The translations under genes were made by a program, and so were the position numbers. Shown one piece after another: positions 54,958 to 64,000 of a DNA stretch of 64,000 nt. Position 1 is the first letter of the stretch. Each line of letters begins with the position of its first letter. Under the pieces are notes generated by a model. The model had not been told where the DNA came from. It was given only the letters and a program-made list of their open reading frames with translations, and searched no databases. The DNA is from Candidatus Thorarchaeota archaeon (GTDB lineage: Archaea > Asgardarchaeota > Thorarchaeia > Thorarchaeales > Thorarchaeaceae). The stretch covers positions 64,001-128,000 of the forward strand of contig JAFGAR010000028.1 of assembly GCA_016933575.1 (NCBI GenBank), in the 5' to 3' direction.

Positions 54958-57813
54958 TTGTTTCTCTTTTCACGTCTTTCAGCACGAGCCCCAGAAGTCA
55001 TTACAACACTTTTGATATTTTCACTATCAAGTGGAGTTCTGGGTGGAATTCTATTCTACATGGATTCTGCATCACCAGATGTTCTCGATGACATGACATC
55101 TAATGTCCCAGTTGACATGGAAGTAGCTTTTACTCAATCATACTATATGCAGAATTTTTCCAATCCAGAAAGCGTGACTGCTAATGATATTGAGGACAGT
55201 GTGGCAGAGCAAGAATTCGTTCTGGCTACTGAGCAGGTCACTTTTGCAGAAGTGCATGATTATGGAGAAGAAGATTACACATTTTCAAGGAAAGGTTTCC
55301 TAGGTGCTGATTATGATGTCTTTGAGAGCTTTTCGGATGCAATAGATGTCGATATTGGAGATCTTACCTATAATGACAATTCCTGTTTGGTTGAAATATC
55401 CCTCTTCTTACGACTCGGTCTAGAGATTGGTGAGAATTACACAATTGAGATGCTAGTCTATAATAGTACATGGGACGAGGTCTCTGTAGAACGAACATTC
55501 ACAATTGTTGGTACATTTTCTTCACATGTCTATCTGTACCAACCATATTGGGGTGAATCGGTCATCACATATCTTCAAATAATCACTACTAGAGATGCTA
55601 TCAAAGATACCTTTGGTTTTCTTGGACATGATTCATATTATGGGCTCCAAGAAAAAATCTGGGTAAAATTTGATCACAATGTCATAATTCAGTCAGATAC
55701 GTCAATTGTTGTCAATGAACTATCAAATATTGAAAGAAGAATCGAGCAGGATAACTTACCATTCGCTCTTGTTGATGACTTTCAACTGATTGGGTCTGTG
55801 TATGAATTTGCTTCATGGTCTGTCAGTATGAGAGCGATTGCACTTGCATTTTCAATCCCATCTGTAATCATGGGTGTAATGCTCATTCAATACAATTTTC
55901 GTCTCCTCGCTAATACGCAGAGAAGAGATGTGGGAACTCTAAAAACTAGGGGCTCATCAGGTTTCCAAGCATTTTCCTGGGTCCTGAGTAACGCAATAGC
56001 TACAGGGTTCATTGGTAGCTTAGGCGCTGTATTGACAGGGATATTAGCAGCTCTCTTCTCAAGCACTGTGAAAGAGTTACTGGTCTTTGACTTGAGTCTT
56101 TTGAGTGGCTTTACGATTCTCCTCCAACCTATCGCGATCATCACGGTCTTTTTGTTCTCCTTTCTTGTAGGTATAGTCGTTGCCTTACCTGCTGCAATCA
56201 AGGCTCTATTGATGACTCCAACAGAAGCTCATAGCACATTGGAGAGAGAAACCCTATCAGATTCGGAAAAGATGGGGAGTTCAACTGTCGATCTATTATT
56301 GATAGGTATCACGGGTTGGTTATTGGCACCAATGATGACAATCCTTGCATACTCAGGAATAACATTCTTGAGCTCTGCGCTTTTTGCATTAGTCATTGTC
56401 ACATTATTGGGCATCTTTCTATTCTCGTTCACAAGGCTCTTATCAAGGCCTACTGCGATGATAAAAGCAAAAGTCTTAGGAAGGGCGAAACGACCATCCA
56501 TTGTTGTGGGCACAAGACTCATGTCTAGAACAGTACTCATGTTTAAAAAATCTGAAACGATGGGTACAATGTTTATCGCAATGGTATTTACTGCAGGTCT
56601 CTTTGCATCGATATCTGCGACGACAGGCGGTGACCATATGAAACAGGTCTTCATGTTCCAGACCGGGGCAGATATCGTTATAGATGTAAATCCCAGTTTT
56701 ACTAACGTCACTCTTGATATCATGGACAACATCACTGCAGTAGAGGGTGTTACGCAGGTAAGTCCGATGTATCGCACAACTGGTTACGTGCTCTACTGGG
56801 ACTCGTTGTATTTTGGCGGACGTTTCTATATCAATCGTTCAATATCCATATTTGGCGTTGATCCTGAAACATGGATTGATGCCGCGTTCTGGCTCAGTTA
56901 CTTCGCATACTCTGGTTCTCCGAGTACGTCAATCGCAGAATTAGGCGACCAATCAGGGGATAGGATGAATATCATTACATCATTCAAACCTATTGACCAT
57001 TATACTACAGATTCCTATGGGAGTCAACGTCCTGAATATGGTAACTATCTGGATCTCCAGATTTCCATGCCAACTTGGACTAATATAACTGAATGCTACA
57101 TTACAGATCTTCTCGCTGCAGGAATCAGCAATTCAGGAGGTTATCAGACCTACTTCCCTGGAGAACCTGATGCAACAGACTTTGTTATTGCAGACATTGG
57201 ATATGTACATGCATGCGAAAACACTACTCAGGTCACAAAATTCTATGTGAAAATTGATCCCTATGCCAATTATACAAAAGTGATGGAGGATATTCATAAC
57301 GTTGCTCCTCATACATTCAATGATATTGAATCACCCTACACGAATATCGATGAAACTCTGAATTCCAGAGCAACCCAATCTGTCTATGGAGCGTACACAT
57401 TGAATGTCATATTTTCACTAATCTATCTAACAATCGGTATGACGATTGTCAGTATAGTGAGGGTGAGAGAACTTAGAAAGCAGTTCTCTGTACTTCGTGC
57501 ATTAGGTGCACCAAACAAGTCAATTATTGCTGCATCATTGCTTGAAACAAGTGTGGGTCTGTTACTGGCAGCAATCATCGGAGGAACAATAGGAGTAAGC
57601 CTAGCAGTCATCTTAAAGGATGTGCCCCTTCTTCATATGGGTGGATCCACATATGGACTATGGCAAAGATTACCCGTTCTTTTGGCAATACCTTTGCCGT
57701 TAGTTGCGACCATTGTAGGAATATCTATCATAGTTTCATTGATTGCTACATACTACATTTTAGTACGGACATTGAAGTTGAATATCGCAGAAGAAATACA
57801 ATATAATGAGTGA
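54958..57813 (+). CDS. MacB/FtsX-type ABC permease (class B, copy 1)
   Basis: RRDVGTLKTRGSS, FQTGADI, FSVLRALG. Start abuts the upstream stop. Confidence 0.9.
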   Translation: MFLFSRLSARAPEVITTLLIFSLSSGVLGGILFYMDSASPDVLDDMTSNVPVDMEVAFTQSYYMQNFSNPESVTANDIEDSVAEQEFVLATEQVTFAEVHDYGEEDYTFSRKGFLGADYDVFESFSDAIDVDIGDLTYNDNSCLVEISLFLRLGLEIGENYTIEMLVYNSTWDEVSVERTFTIVGTFSSHVYLYQPYWGESVITYLQIITTRDAIKDTFGFLGHDSYYGLQEKIWVKFDHNVIIQSDTSIVVNELSNIERRIEQDNLPFALVDDFQLIGSVYEFASWSVSMRAIALAFSIPSVIMGVMLIQYNFRLLANTQRRDVGTLKTRGSSGFQAFSWVLSNAIATGFIGSLGAVLTGILAALFSSTVKELLVFDLSLLSGFTILLQPIAIITVFLFSFLVGIVVALPAAIKALLMTPTEAHSTLERETLSDSEKMGSSTVDLLLIGITGWLLAPMMTILAYSGITFLSSALFALVIVTLLGIFLFSFTRLLSRPTAMIKAKVLGRAKRPSIVVGTRLMSRTVLMFKKSETMGTMFIAMVFTAGLFASISATTGGDHMKQVFMFQTGADIVIDVNPSFTNVTLDIMDNITAVEGVTQVSPMYRTTGYVLYWDSLYFGGRFYINRSISIFGVDPETWIDAAFWLSYFAYSGSPSTSIAELGDQSGDRMNIITSFKPIDHYTTDSYGSQRPEYGNYLDLQISMPTWTNITECYITDLLAAGISNSGGYQTYFPGEPDATDFVIADIGYVHACENTTQVTKFYVKIDPYANYTKVMEDIHNVAPHTFNDIESPYTNIDETLNSRATQSVYGAYTLNVIFSLIYLTIGMTIVSIVRVRELRKQFSVLRALGAPNKSIIAASLLETSVGLLLAAIIGGTIGVSLAVILKDVPLLHMGGSTYGLWQRLPVLLAIPLPLVATIVGISIIVSLIATYYILVRTLKLNIAEEIQYNE

Positions 57814-58706
57814 TCATCATGTCGGAAAATCTAGAACAATTAGCAGAAGAATACAAGATTGTTATACGTGACCTCATGAAAGTCTACCGAAGAGGACAGA
57901 AAGAGGTAATTGCACTCCGAGGTGTTGACTTCGAGGTAAAGCAGGGAGAGTTCCTAAGCATTATCGGTCCTAGCGGTAGCGGAAAATCGACACTACTTAA
58001 GATGCTTGGTGCGCTGGACAAACCAACTGCAGGGGCAATCCTTTTTGATGGTCACAGTGTCACTGCACTTGATGATAGGCGATCAATGCTCTATAGAAGA
58101 CAGAAGGTAGGTTTTGTGTGGCAAATCGGTAATCTTGTGCCCGGTCTGAGTGCATTGAACAATGTCATTCTCCCCATGAAGCTTGCAGGAGCTCCATCAC
58201 GAGCCTCTGCAGAACGTGCAACCATGCTCCTTGAAACACTAGGTCTGAGTCATCGTTTGGACCATAAACCGAATCAGCTATCTGGAGGAGAGAATCAACG
58301 AGTGGCAATCTGCGTAGCACTTGCAAACAATCCAGAGCTAGTGCTTGGAGATGAGGTGACTGGAGAGCTGGACTCTGAAACAACGGAGATAGTCATGGAG
58401 GCACTAAAGAGGACAAACAAGGAGTTTGGTACTACTGTCATCAATGTCACGCACAATCCAAAAGTTGCCGAATATGCAGATAGAGTGTTGAGAATACGAG
58501 ATGGTCTCATAGAGGGACAGAAACATGTACTCTATGGCGATATTACAGAGATTGACGCAAAAGGTAGAATGGTCATTCCAGATACGGTAAGACGGCTTGC
58601 AGGACTTGGCAAGAGAGTTGTACTTCGTGCAACATCAGAAGGTCTATTGATCAGTCCATTAGATACTAGTGGCTACGACGACAACAATGACCAGGGAAAT
58701 GACTGA
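57810..58706 (+). CDS. ABC ATP-binding protein, LolD/MacB family, with C-terminal AbrB/MraZ-like domain
   Basis: GPSGSGKS, LSGGENQR, LGDEVTGELD, VTHN; tail EIDAKGRMVIPDTVRRLAGL..LLISP. Confidence 0.92.
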   Translation: MIIMSENLEQLAEEYKIVIRDLMKVYRRGQKEVIALRGVDFEVKQGEFLSIIGPSGSGKSTLLKMLGALDKPTAGAILFDGHSVTALDDRRSMLYRRQKVGFVWQIGNLVPGLSALNNVILPMKLAGAPSRASAERATMLLETLGLSHRLDHKPNQLSGGENQRVAICVALANNPELVLGDEVTGELDSETTEIVMEALKRTNKEFGTTVINVTHNPKVAEYADRVLRIRDGLIEGQKHVLYGDITEIDAKGRMVIPDTVRRLAGLGKRVVLRATSEGLLISPLDTSGYDDNNDQGND

Positions 58707-58738
58707 GATATTCTGAGTAAGGTCTATATCGGACAATA

Positions 58739-58987
58739 ATGAGCGTAAAAGTGATTGTTATGACAAAACAGCAGATGCCATGGTCATTCTATTCTACACT
58801 GATTTCATTTGGTGTTTTCTTTGCTTGTCTGAATATCTATATCTTGACTAAATGGTTGGCGCATCCCTTAGCAAGTGAGTATTGGCTGATTGGGGTCATT
58901 GTCGGTTTTATTTGGTTAATCTATTCGATTAGAATGGTAAGAGTTCACCAGAAGGAACTCATCGAGAAGAAAGTAGTATTAGCGTGA
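58739..58987 (+). CDS. Small 2-TM membrane protein within the ABC array
   Basis: Two hydrophobic helices; co-oriented with its neighbours. Confidence 0.7.
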   Translation: MSVKVIVMTKQQMPWSFYSTLISFGVFFACLNIYILTKWLAHPLASEYWLIGVIVGFIWLIYSIRMVRVHQKELIEKKVVLA

Positions 58988-59052
58988 TTAGGTATCAATT
59001 TAAGACAGAACTAAGGCGTTCTAATTAGTACGTGGAGGTCTGAGAGCTCTAT

Positions 59053-61791
59053 ATGTATCAAATGGGACATCTGAGCAAATCAACAAAGCGTAGAGGCTTT
59101 GTAACCTTCATCTGTTTTCTGATTATTATAACAGTAGTTTCTTCAACTTCGATTTTCATCGATTCAGATTCACTATCAAGATGGAACTATTACAATGATA
59201 TTGGCCCAGTAGCAATGAAAGTTGAAGGAGATGGACTTGAGAACTTTGTTGATGAAATTAGTAACATCTCATACGTAACTCAATCATGTTCAGTACAAAC
59301 AGCTCAAGCATATCTAAGAATGGACCAGAATGATGTCTATTATGGATCCCCAACAGATCCATTAGAGCCAATGTTTCTTGTCACAGGAAGAGCATATTCA
59401 ATTAATGATGATTTTCTAAATGCATTTCCAACTGAATTTGCTTTACTACAAGGAAGATTCCCTCTCAATGAATCTGAGATTACGATTGCCTATAGTGATG
59501 CTGCTTATTGGAATATTCCAATAGGGAGAATGATGAACTACACCCATCAACTCAATTCCGAGAAACGAACTGTTTTTGTTGTTGGCTATTTTGAAGTAAC
59601 TAATGATGCCCTTAGAGCTGTGATTACAGATGCCGTGGCAATCGTAACATCAGATGTACTTAATCCTAACACCATCCAAACCAAGGTCTATATCGATGTA
59701 GACCGAAGTATTGTATTTCCCTCAGATCCAGTTGTAGGTCTTACCACTCTTCGTGATATTGAGAATAGAATCTCAAGTCTAAGCTCTGATGACTTACAGT
59801 ACCAAGGATTCTTTGTTGATAATTATCTAGCAAATAACATTCAATTGTATCTTGATGAATTGAATGCAATCAGATCTAGGCAACTATCAAGATTGAACTA
59901 CATTGTAATTATAGGAGGACTACTTGCTTTTTTGGGAGTTCGGTTTAACGCCATATTGCTAGATCAGACCTTGAGTGATCTAGAAATGAGAGGTGCTTCA
60001 AAACTAAAGATAAGATTCACAATTCTAAGAGAGATAGTAACCATTTCAGTTCTTGCAGGTGTAATAGGGCTTTTCATGGGTATTATGCTAAGCAAGGTGG
60101 CATACTTATCATCGAGTAGCAAACCGTTTGATATTGCGGTTTTTATGAGTGGCCCTTTATTGATTAGCTCTAATACAATCGTATTCGTGCTTATGATCAG
60201 CATTATTCTACCACTAGCTGGATATGCTATAGATCAATTACTTAGAAGACCACGGGCAAGTGTACAAGAAACAGGAAGGATTGCAAGAATCGTCAAATCA
60301 TTTCATTTAATTCAATGGGATTTTGCAATAATCATTATAGTAACTATATTGATGATTCTCCTATACATAGGAGGACCATTGATTAGTGACAATCAGATAC
60401 TCTCACTAATTGCTTCGTATTCACAGATACCACTTTTTATTTCTGTAGCTAGTCTTTCTTCAAAGATAGCTCAGGCTGCCACGAGAGTAATTTCAAGACT
60501 AAGTAGACCTCTAGTCGGTAGATTATCAGCCGCAGTTGGAATGAGGAGGGTTTCAAAGAAAAAATATATTGCTACTCCGGTTGTTCTGATTATTACTATT
60601 GTATTTTCGCTAGTCTTTGTTAACAATTCATTAGTTCTGAGTCTTCCAAACACGCATTTAGCACATTCAAGGTACTTAATTGGAGGAGACATTTGTTTCA
60701 AACTAGAGGAAGTAGAATCAGAGCGGTGGGTTAATTTCACTGAAAGTGCATTACAGACGTACGGCACTCAATCAGTGTCCTTAGTTTCAATTAGTACTCT
60801 CTCGTTATCAGAAGGGGCATCAGGAGTAGTTGAGTTTGTAGCAATTAATCCAGAAGAGTATAGTCATGTAGGTTATAATTATGCAGGAGTTACCCTAGAC
60901 CAGAGTGATCAACAACAGCTACTAAATGAACTTGAAATAAATCCAGAAGGGGCAGTACTAACATCCGATATCGCTCTTGAGTACAATCTGAATTTAGGAG
61001 ATACAATGCGAGTCTTTTCTTTCGGTGAAGATTCAGGGACAGTGGAATTCAGTGTAATTGGCATTACAAATGCGATAACCAGACCAATTATTGCGGGTAG
61101 TCCTCAGGGGAGCGAAACGATTGGTACGAGAAAAATCTGGTTGAATAGGAATTACATTCAGACATTGGTCAACCTAAATGAAACGATTGAAACATATCTC
61201 TGCATTCGCACAATAAATGGAGTAAACTCAACTGAAATAGTAGAGGGCATTCTTGATACAAGTGGATTGACTTTCTCTTCAAGTGATTGGTCATCTGTTA
61301 CTCACGAGCTTGACGCCTATACATCTCGTCAAGATTACATCCGTGATAGAGCAATTGATACCATGCTCACTTTTGGATCAGTGTTTAGCATTTTTGTGGG
61401 CATAGTGATCTATCGAATTGCCTGTACAGTCAGATGGAAAGAAGAGGATGCCATTCTCAGTGTACTTGGAGCTTCAAACAAACAGACACTACAGATTTCA
61501 ATCGCAGAAATTCTGGCACTCTTTCTTTTTGGTTTGGGAATCTTCATTCTTATTGGGCCACTCACGCTAGCAAATATGTTGAGAATGGAGTATATTGAAT
61601 ATTCAGTTTGGAATTATGAATTCCCAGTTTCAATAGTCTTCTCGATGAATTGGATATACTTTATAATTATTATACTAAGTGTTTTCATCTCTTCAACTAT
61701 TCTAGCTATAGCCCATTCTCTTAAAGGAGCAAGAAAAAGTGTCAGTACTGTCTTGAGAGAAATGACACTATCAAGTGGAGGGAATGTGTAA
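59053..61791 (+). CDS. MacB/FtsX-type ABC permease (class A, copy 3)
   Basis: GRFPLNESEI, MRGAS, IQWDF, GYNYAGVTLDQS, LSVLGAS. Confidence 0.88.
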   Translation: MYQMGHLSKSTKRRGFVTFICFLIIITVVSSTSIFIDSDSLSRWNYYNDIGPVAMKVEGDGLENFVDEISNISYVTQSCSVQTAQAYLRMDQNDVYYGSPTDPLEPMFLVTGRAYSINDDFLNAFPTEFALLQGRFPLNESEITIAYSDAAYWNIPIGRMMNYTHQLNSEKRTVFVVGYFEVTNDALRAVITDAVAIVTSDVLNPNTIQTKVYIDVDRSIVFPSDPVVGLTTLRDIENRISSLSSDDLQYQGFFVDNYLANNIQLYLDELNAIRSRQLSRLNYIVIIGGLLAFLGVRFNAILLDQTLSDLEMRGASKLKIRFTILREIVTISVLAGVIGLFMGIMLSKVAYLSSSSKPFDIAVFMSGPLLISSNTIVFVLMISIILPLAGYAIDQLLRRPRASVQETGRIARIVKSFHLIQWDFAIIIIVTILMILLYIGGPLISDNQILSLIASYSQIPLFISVASLSSKIAQAATRVISRLSRPLVGRLSAAVGMRRVSKKKYIATPVVLIITIVFSLVFVNNSLVLSLPNTHLAHSRYLIGGDICFKLEEVESERWVNFTESALQTYGTQSVSLVSISTLSLSEGASGVVEFVAINPEEYSHVGYNYAGVTLDQSDQQQLLNELEINPEGAVLTSDIALEYNLNLGDTMRVFSFGEDSGTVEFSVIGITNAITRPIIAGSPQGSETIGTRKIWLNRNYIQTLVNLNETIETYLCIRTINGVNSTEIVEGILDTSGLTFSSSDWSSVTHELDAYTSRQDYIRDRAIDTMLTFGSVFSIFVGIVIYRIACTVRWKEEDAILSVLGASNKQTLQISIAEILALFLFGLGIFILIGPLTLANMLRMEYIEYSVWNYEFPVSIVFSMNWIYFIIIILSVFISSTILAIAHSLKGARKSVSTVLREMTLSSGGNV

Positions 61792-64000
61792 TGTTCCTGT
61801 CTTCACGGATAACAGCAAATGCGACTGAGCTAGTTGTTGCATTTCTTATCTTCTCTCTATCTTCAGGAGTTGTAAGTGGAGTCCTTCTATATCTTGATAG
61901 TTCAGGTCCTGACGTTCTTTCGGAGATGTCAAATGAAACTCTTATTGATATGCAGGTTAACTTCCGACCTTCTTTCTACGAACAAAATCAGACTACAATT
62001 GAATTTCATCAAAATACAATTCTAGACACAGAGTATGTATCTGCAATCGAAACGATTTCTTTGATAGAGATTAATGATGATAGTATAGAAATCCCTGAGT
62101 TCAGTAGAAGCATTGTTCTTGGATTAGAAGACACATATTTCAATACGTTTCCAAAAAGCATCGATTTAGCAGAAGGTAACCTTCCTCTAAACGAATCAAA
62201 TTGCTACATTCAAAGACAGAGATTAGAAACTGAGGAATTATCTTTAGGCGATAACTTTACAATTTCTGTGCCGACCACTGAGGGTAGGTTGAACAAAACA
62301 TTTTCAATCGCTGGTACTTTTGACTCTAATCTATATACAAGAAGACTAACATACAATGCAGAACCGTTTTCGTATCTTTATATTATTCTTGAAAGAAATA
62401 CACTATTGACAGAATTTTCGAATTTAACACATTCTGGAGATAACAGCCTTTCAGACAGGATTTGTGTATCTTTTGATAAAAATGAATTATTAACTCAGGA
62501 CCCATCATTGATAGTAACCATTCTAAGGAATGTTGAGAAACAAATAGAACAGAGAATTCTTCCTGATGCCTCAGTAACTGATTTTTCACTTATTGGAGTA
62601 TTCTACGAATACTCATCTTGGATCACAGGTATGAGAATTATCGCCTTAGCATTTTCAGTCCCATCAATCATAATGGGAGTTATGCTGATACAATACAATT
62701 CGAATTTAGAAGCAAATCAACAGAGAAGAAATATTGGAGCGTTAAAGACACGGGGTGCATCTGGCTCTCAAGCAACACGATGGGTATTGAGCATTTCAAT
62801 ATTCACTGGCGTCGTTGGAAGCATTGGGGCTCTACTCACCGGGATTCTAGCTGCCTATCTTACCGGTGGTGTGAGAGAATTGATGATTTTTGACTTTACT
62901 CAAATGGATATCTTTGGAATAGTGATACTGCCACAGACCATCGTCATGCTCTTTCTCTACTCATTTACGATTGGATTTCTTGTGGCTATTCCAATGGCAA
63001 TCAGAGCATTTCTCATGTCCCCTGCAGACGCGCATAGTATCATTGAAAGAGAGAACAACGCAACAACAGAGAGAATGAGTAATCCTGTCTACCAAGTACT
63101 AGCTGTATGCATCGCAGGTATTCTCCTTATCCCACTAATAGATAGTATGGAGTCATTCTCCAATCTTTCAATGGGATTTGCAATCTGGGGATTCTTGATT
63201 ATTATCTTATTAGGAATTTTTATTCTAGGATTAACATATCTTCTTGCTCGACCATCAGCGAAATTAAAATCTCTTGTTTTATTGAGAGTCAAAAGAAAAT
63301 CCCTCATCGCTGGACTCAGAGTCGTGGGCAAGAGTGCTTTCACATTTAACAAGAGTGAGATGATGGCAGTAGTATTCATTTCACTTGTATTTACAGCAGG
63401 TACATTCTCTATCCTTGCTGCAACGACTGGAAGCAATCACATGAGAGAGCTATTCATGTTCGAAGTTGGAGCAGATATTGTCGTTGATGTAAAACCGGGA
63501 CTTGAAAACATAACACTCGATATGGTTGAAGAGATTGAATCATTGGAAGGTGTATCCCATGCAAGTGGCATGCTCAAGACATCCTCAAGAGTGACTTTTC
63601 CAATGGACTATAATGGGTATCTTTACTATTATAACCAATCCACAACGCTATATGGGATTCAACCTGAAAAGTGGACTCAATCAGCTTTCTTGAAATCATA
63701 TTTCACATACTATAATGATCCTATCACTTCTCTGGAGGAACTGGAAGATTCGGAAGATAAGGTGATTTGCAACTTTAAACCAATTATTGGCTATACTTCA
63801 GATTCATTTGGACAGTCTTATCCAATATATAGGGAATACCTCTCTATTGAACTTCTTGGGCTCGAGGGTAAGCATATTATGAATTGTTCAATTATTGATA
63901 TTATGGCTAATTACCCAGGAGGATTTACACGCGGTAACTACGGCTATCTTGGATATCGAGGCATTAGCTACTTACCTGGTGAAGATGTAGAGAGTCCTTT
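61791..64000 (+). CDS. MacB/FtsX-type ABC permease (class B, copy 2), truncated by the window edge
   Basis: TAATG overlap at 61789-61793. MFLSSRITANATELVVAFLIFSLSSGVVSGVLLYLDSSGPDVL matches the 54958 N-terminus. The same frame is in use at the window end (..SYLPGEDVESP). Absent from the ORF track. Confidence 0.88.
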   Translation, partial: MFLSSRITANATELVVAFLIFSLSSGVVSGVLLYLDSSGPDVLSEMSNETLIDMQVNFRPSFYEQNQTTIEFHQNTILDTEYVSAIETISLIEINDDSIEIPEFSRSIVLGLEDTYFNTFPKSIDLAEGNLPLNESNCYIQRQRLETEELSLGDNFTISVPTTEGRLNKTFSIAGTFDSNLYTRRLTYNAEPFSYLYIILERNTLLTEFSNLTHSGDNSLSDRICVSFDKNELLTQDPSLIVTILRNVEKQIEQRILPDASVTDFSLIGVFYEYSSWITGMRIIALAFSVPSIIMGVMLIQYNSNLEANQQRRNIGALKTRGASGSQATRWVLSISIFTGVVGSIGALLTGILAAYLTGGVRELMIFDFTQMDIFGIVILPQTIVMLFLYSFTIGFLVAIPMAIRAFLMSPADAHSIIERENNATTERMSNPVYQVLAVCIAGILLIPLIDSMESFSNLSMGFAIWGFLIIILLGIFILGLTYLLARPSAKLKSLVLLRVKRKSLIAGLRVVGKSAFTFNKSEMMAVVFISLVFTAGTFSILAATTGSNHMRELFMFEVGADIVVDVKPGLENITLDMVEEIESLEGVSHASGMLKTSSRVTFPMDYNGYLYYYNQSTTLYGIQPEKWTQSAFLKSYFTYYNDPITSLEELEDSEDKVICNFKPIIGYTSDSFGQSYPIYREYLSIELLGLEGKHIMNCSIIDIMANYPGGFTRGNYGYLGYRGISYLPGEDVESP

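Noticed and set aside
62383-63436. Short ORFs listed near the right edge
   Set aside because: They lie within the unlisted permease frame starting at 61791.
1-64000. rRNA, tRNA, CRISPR arrays, transposases, integrases, prophage genes
   Set aside because: None recognised. Intergenic gaps are short (<250 nt) and show no cloverleaf or spaced direct repeats. tRNAscan/Infernal were not run.
48601-64000. Assembly duplication as the cause of the permease array
   Set aside because: Copies are strongly diverged in protein sequence, consistent with old paralogy.

Overview
Gene-dense archaeal chromosomal segment. It is most likely from an Asgard archaeon, probably Thorarchaeia. This is an inference from gene content: longin/roadblock proteins, a gelsolin-like protein, a Rab-like protein, Mtd, FrhB-like, AOR, GGR, BRE/TATA promoters and surface proteins ending in TM+basic tails. 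I saw no rRNA, tRNA, CRISPR array or transposase. Contents in order: tandem adaptin-appendage-like/Zn-ribbon paralogs; a membrane-anchored SF2 helicase; a PRC-barrel / gelsolin-like / C4HC3 finger trio; an RPH-type dikinase operon; surface glycoproteins; a glycogen-debranching-enzyme homologue with altered catalytic motifs; a stand-alone NurA-HerA pair; ribA / frhB-like / mtd; a longin signalling neighbourhood; AOR; a lipid-turnover cluster; a degenerate Rab-like GTPase; and a >15 kb array of MacB/FtsX-type ABC permeases that runs off the right edge. The best candidate for an undescribed system is 29837-32833: two paralogous longin + tandem winged-helix proteins, architecturally reminiscent of GATOR1 NPRL2/NPRL3, translationally coupled to a MinD-family ATPase rather than a small GTPase. 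All family calls come from reading motifs by eye; no searches were run.
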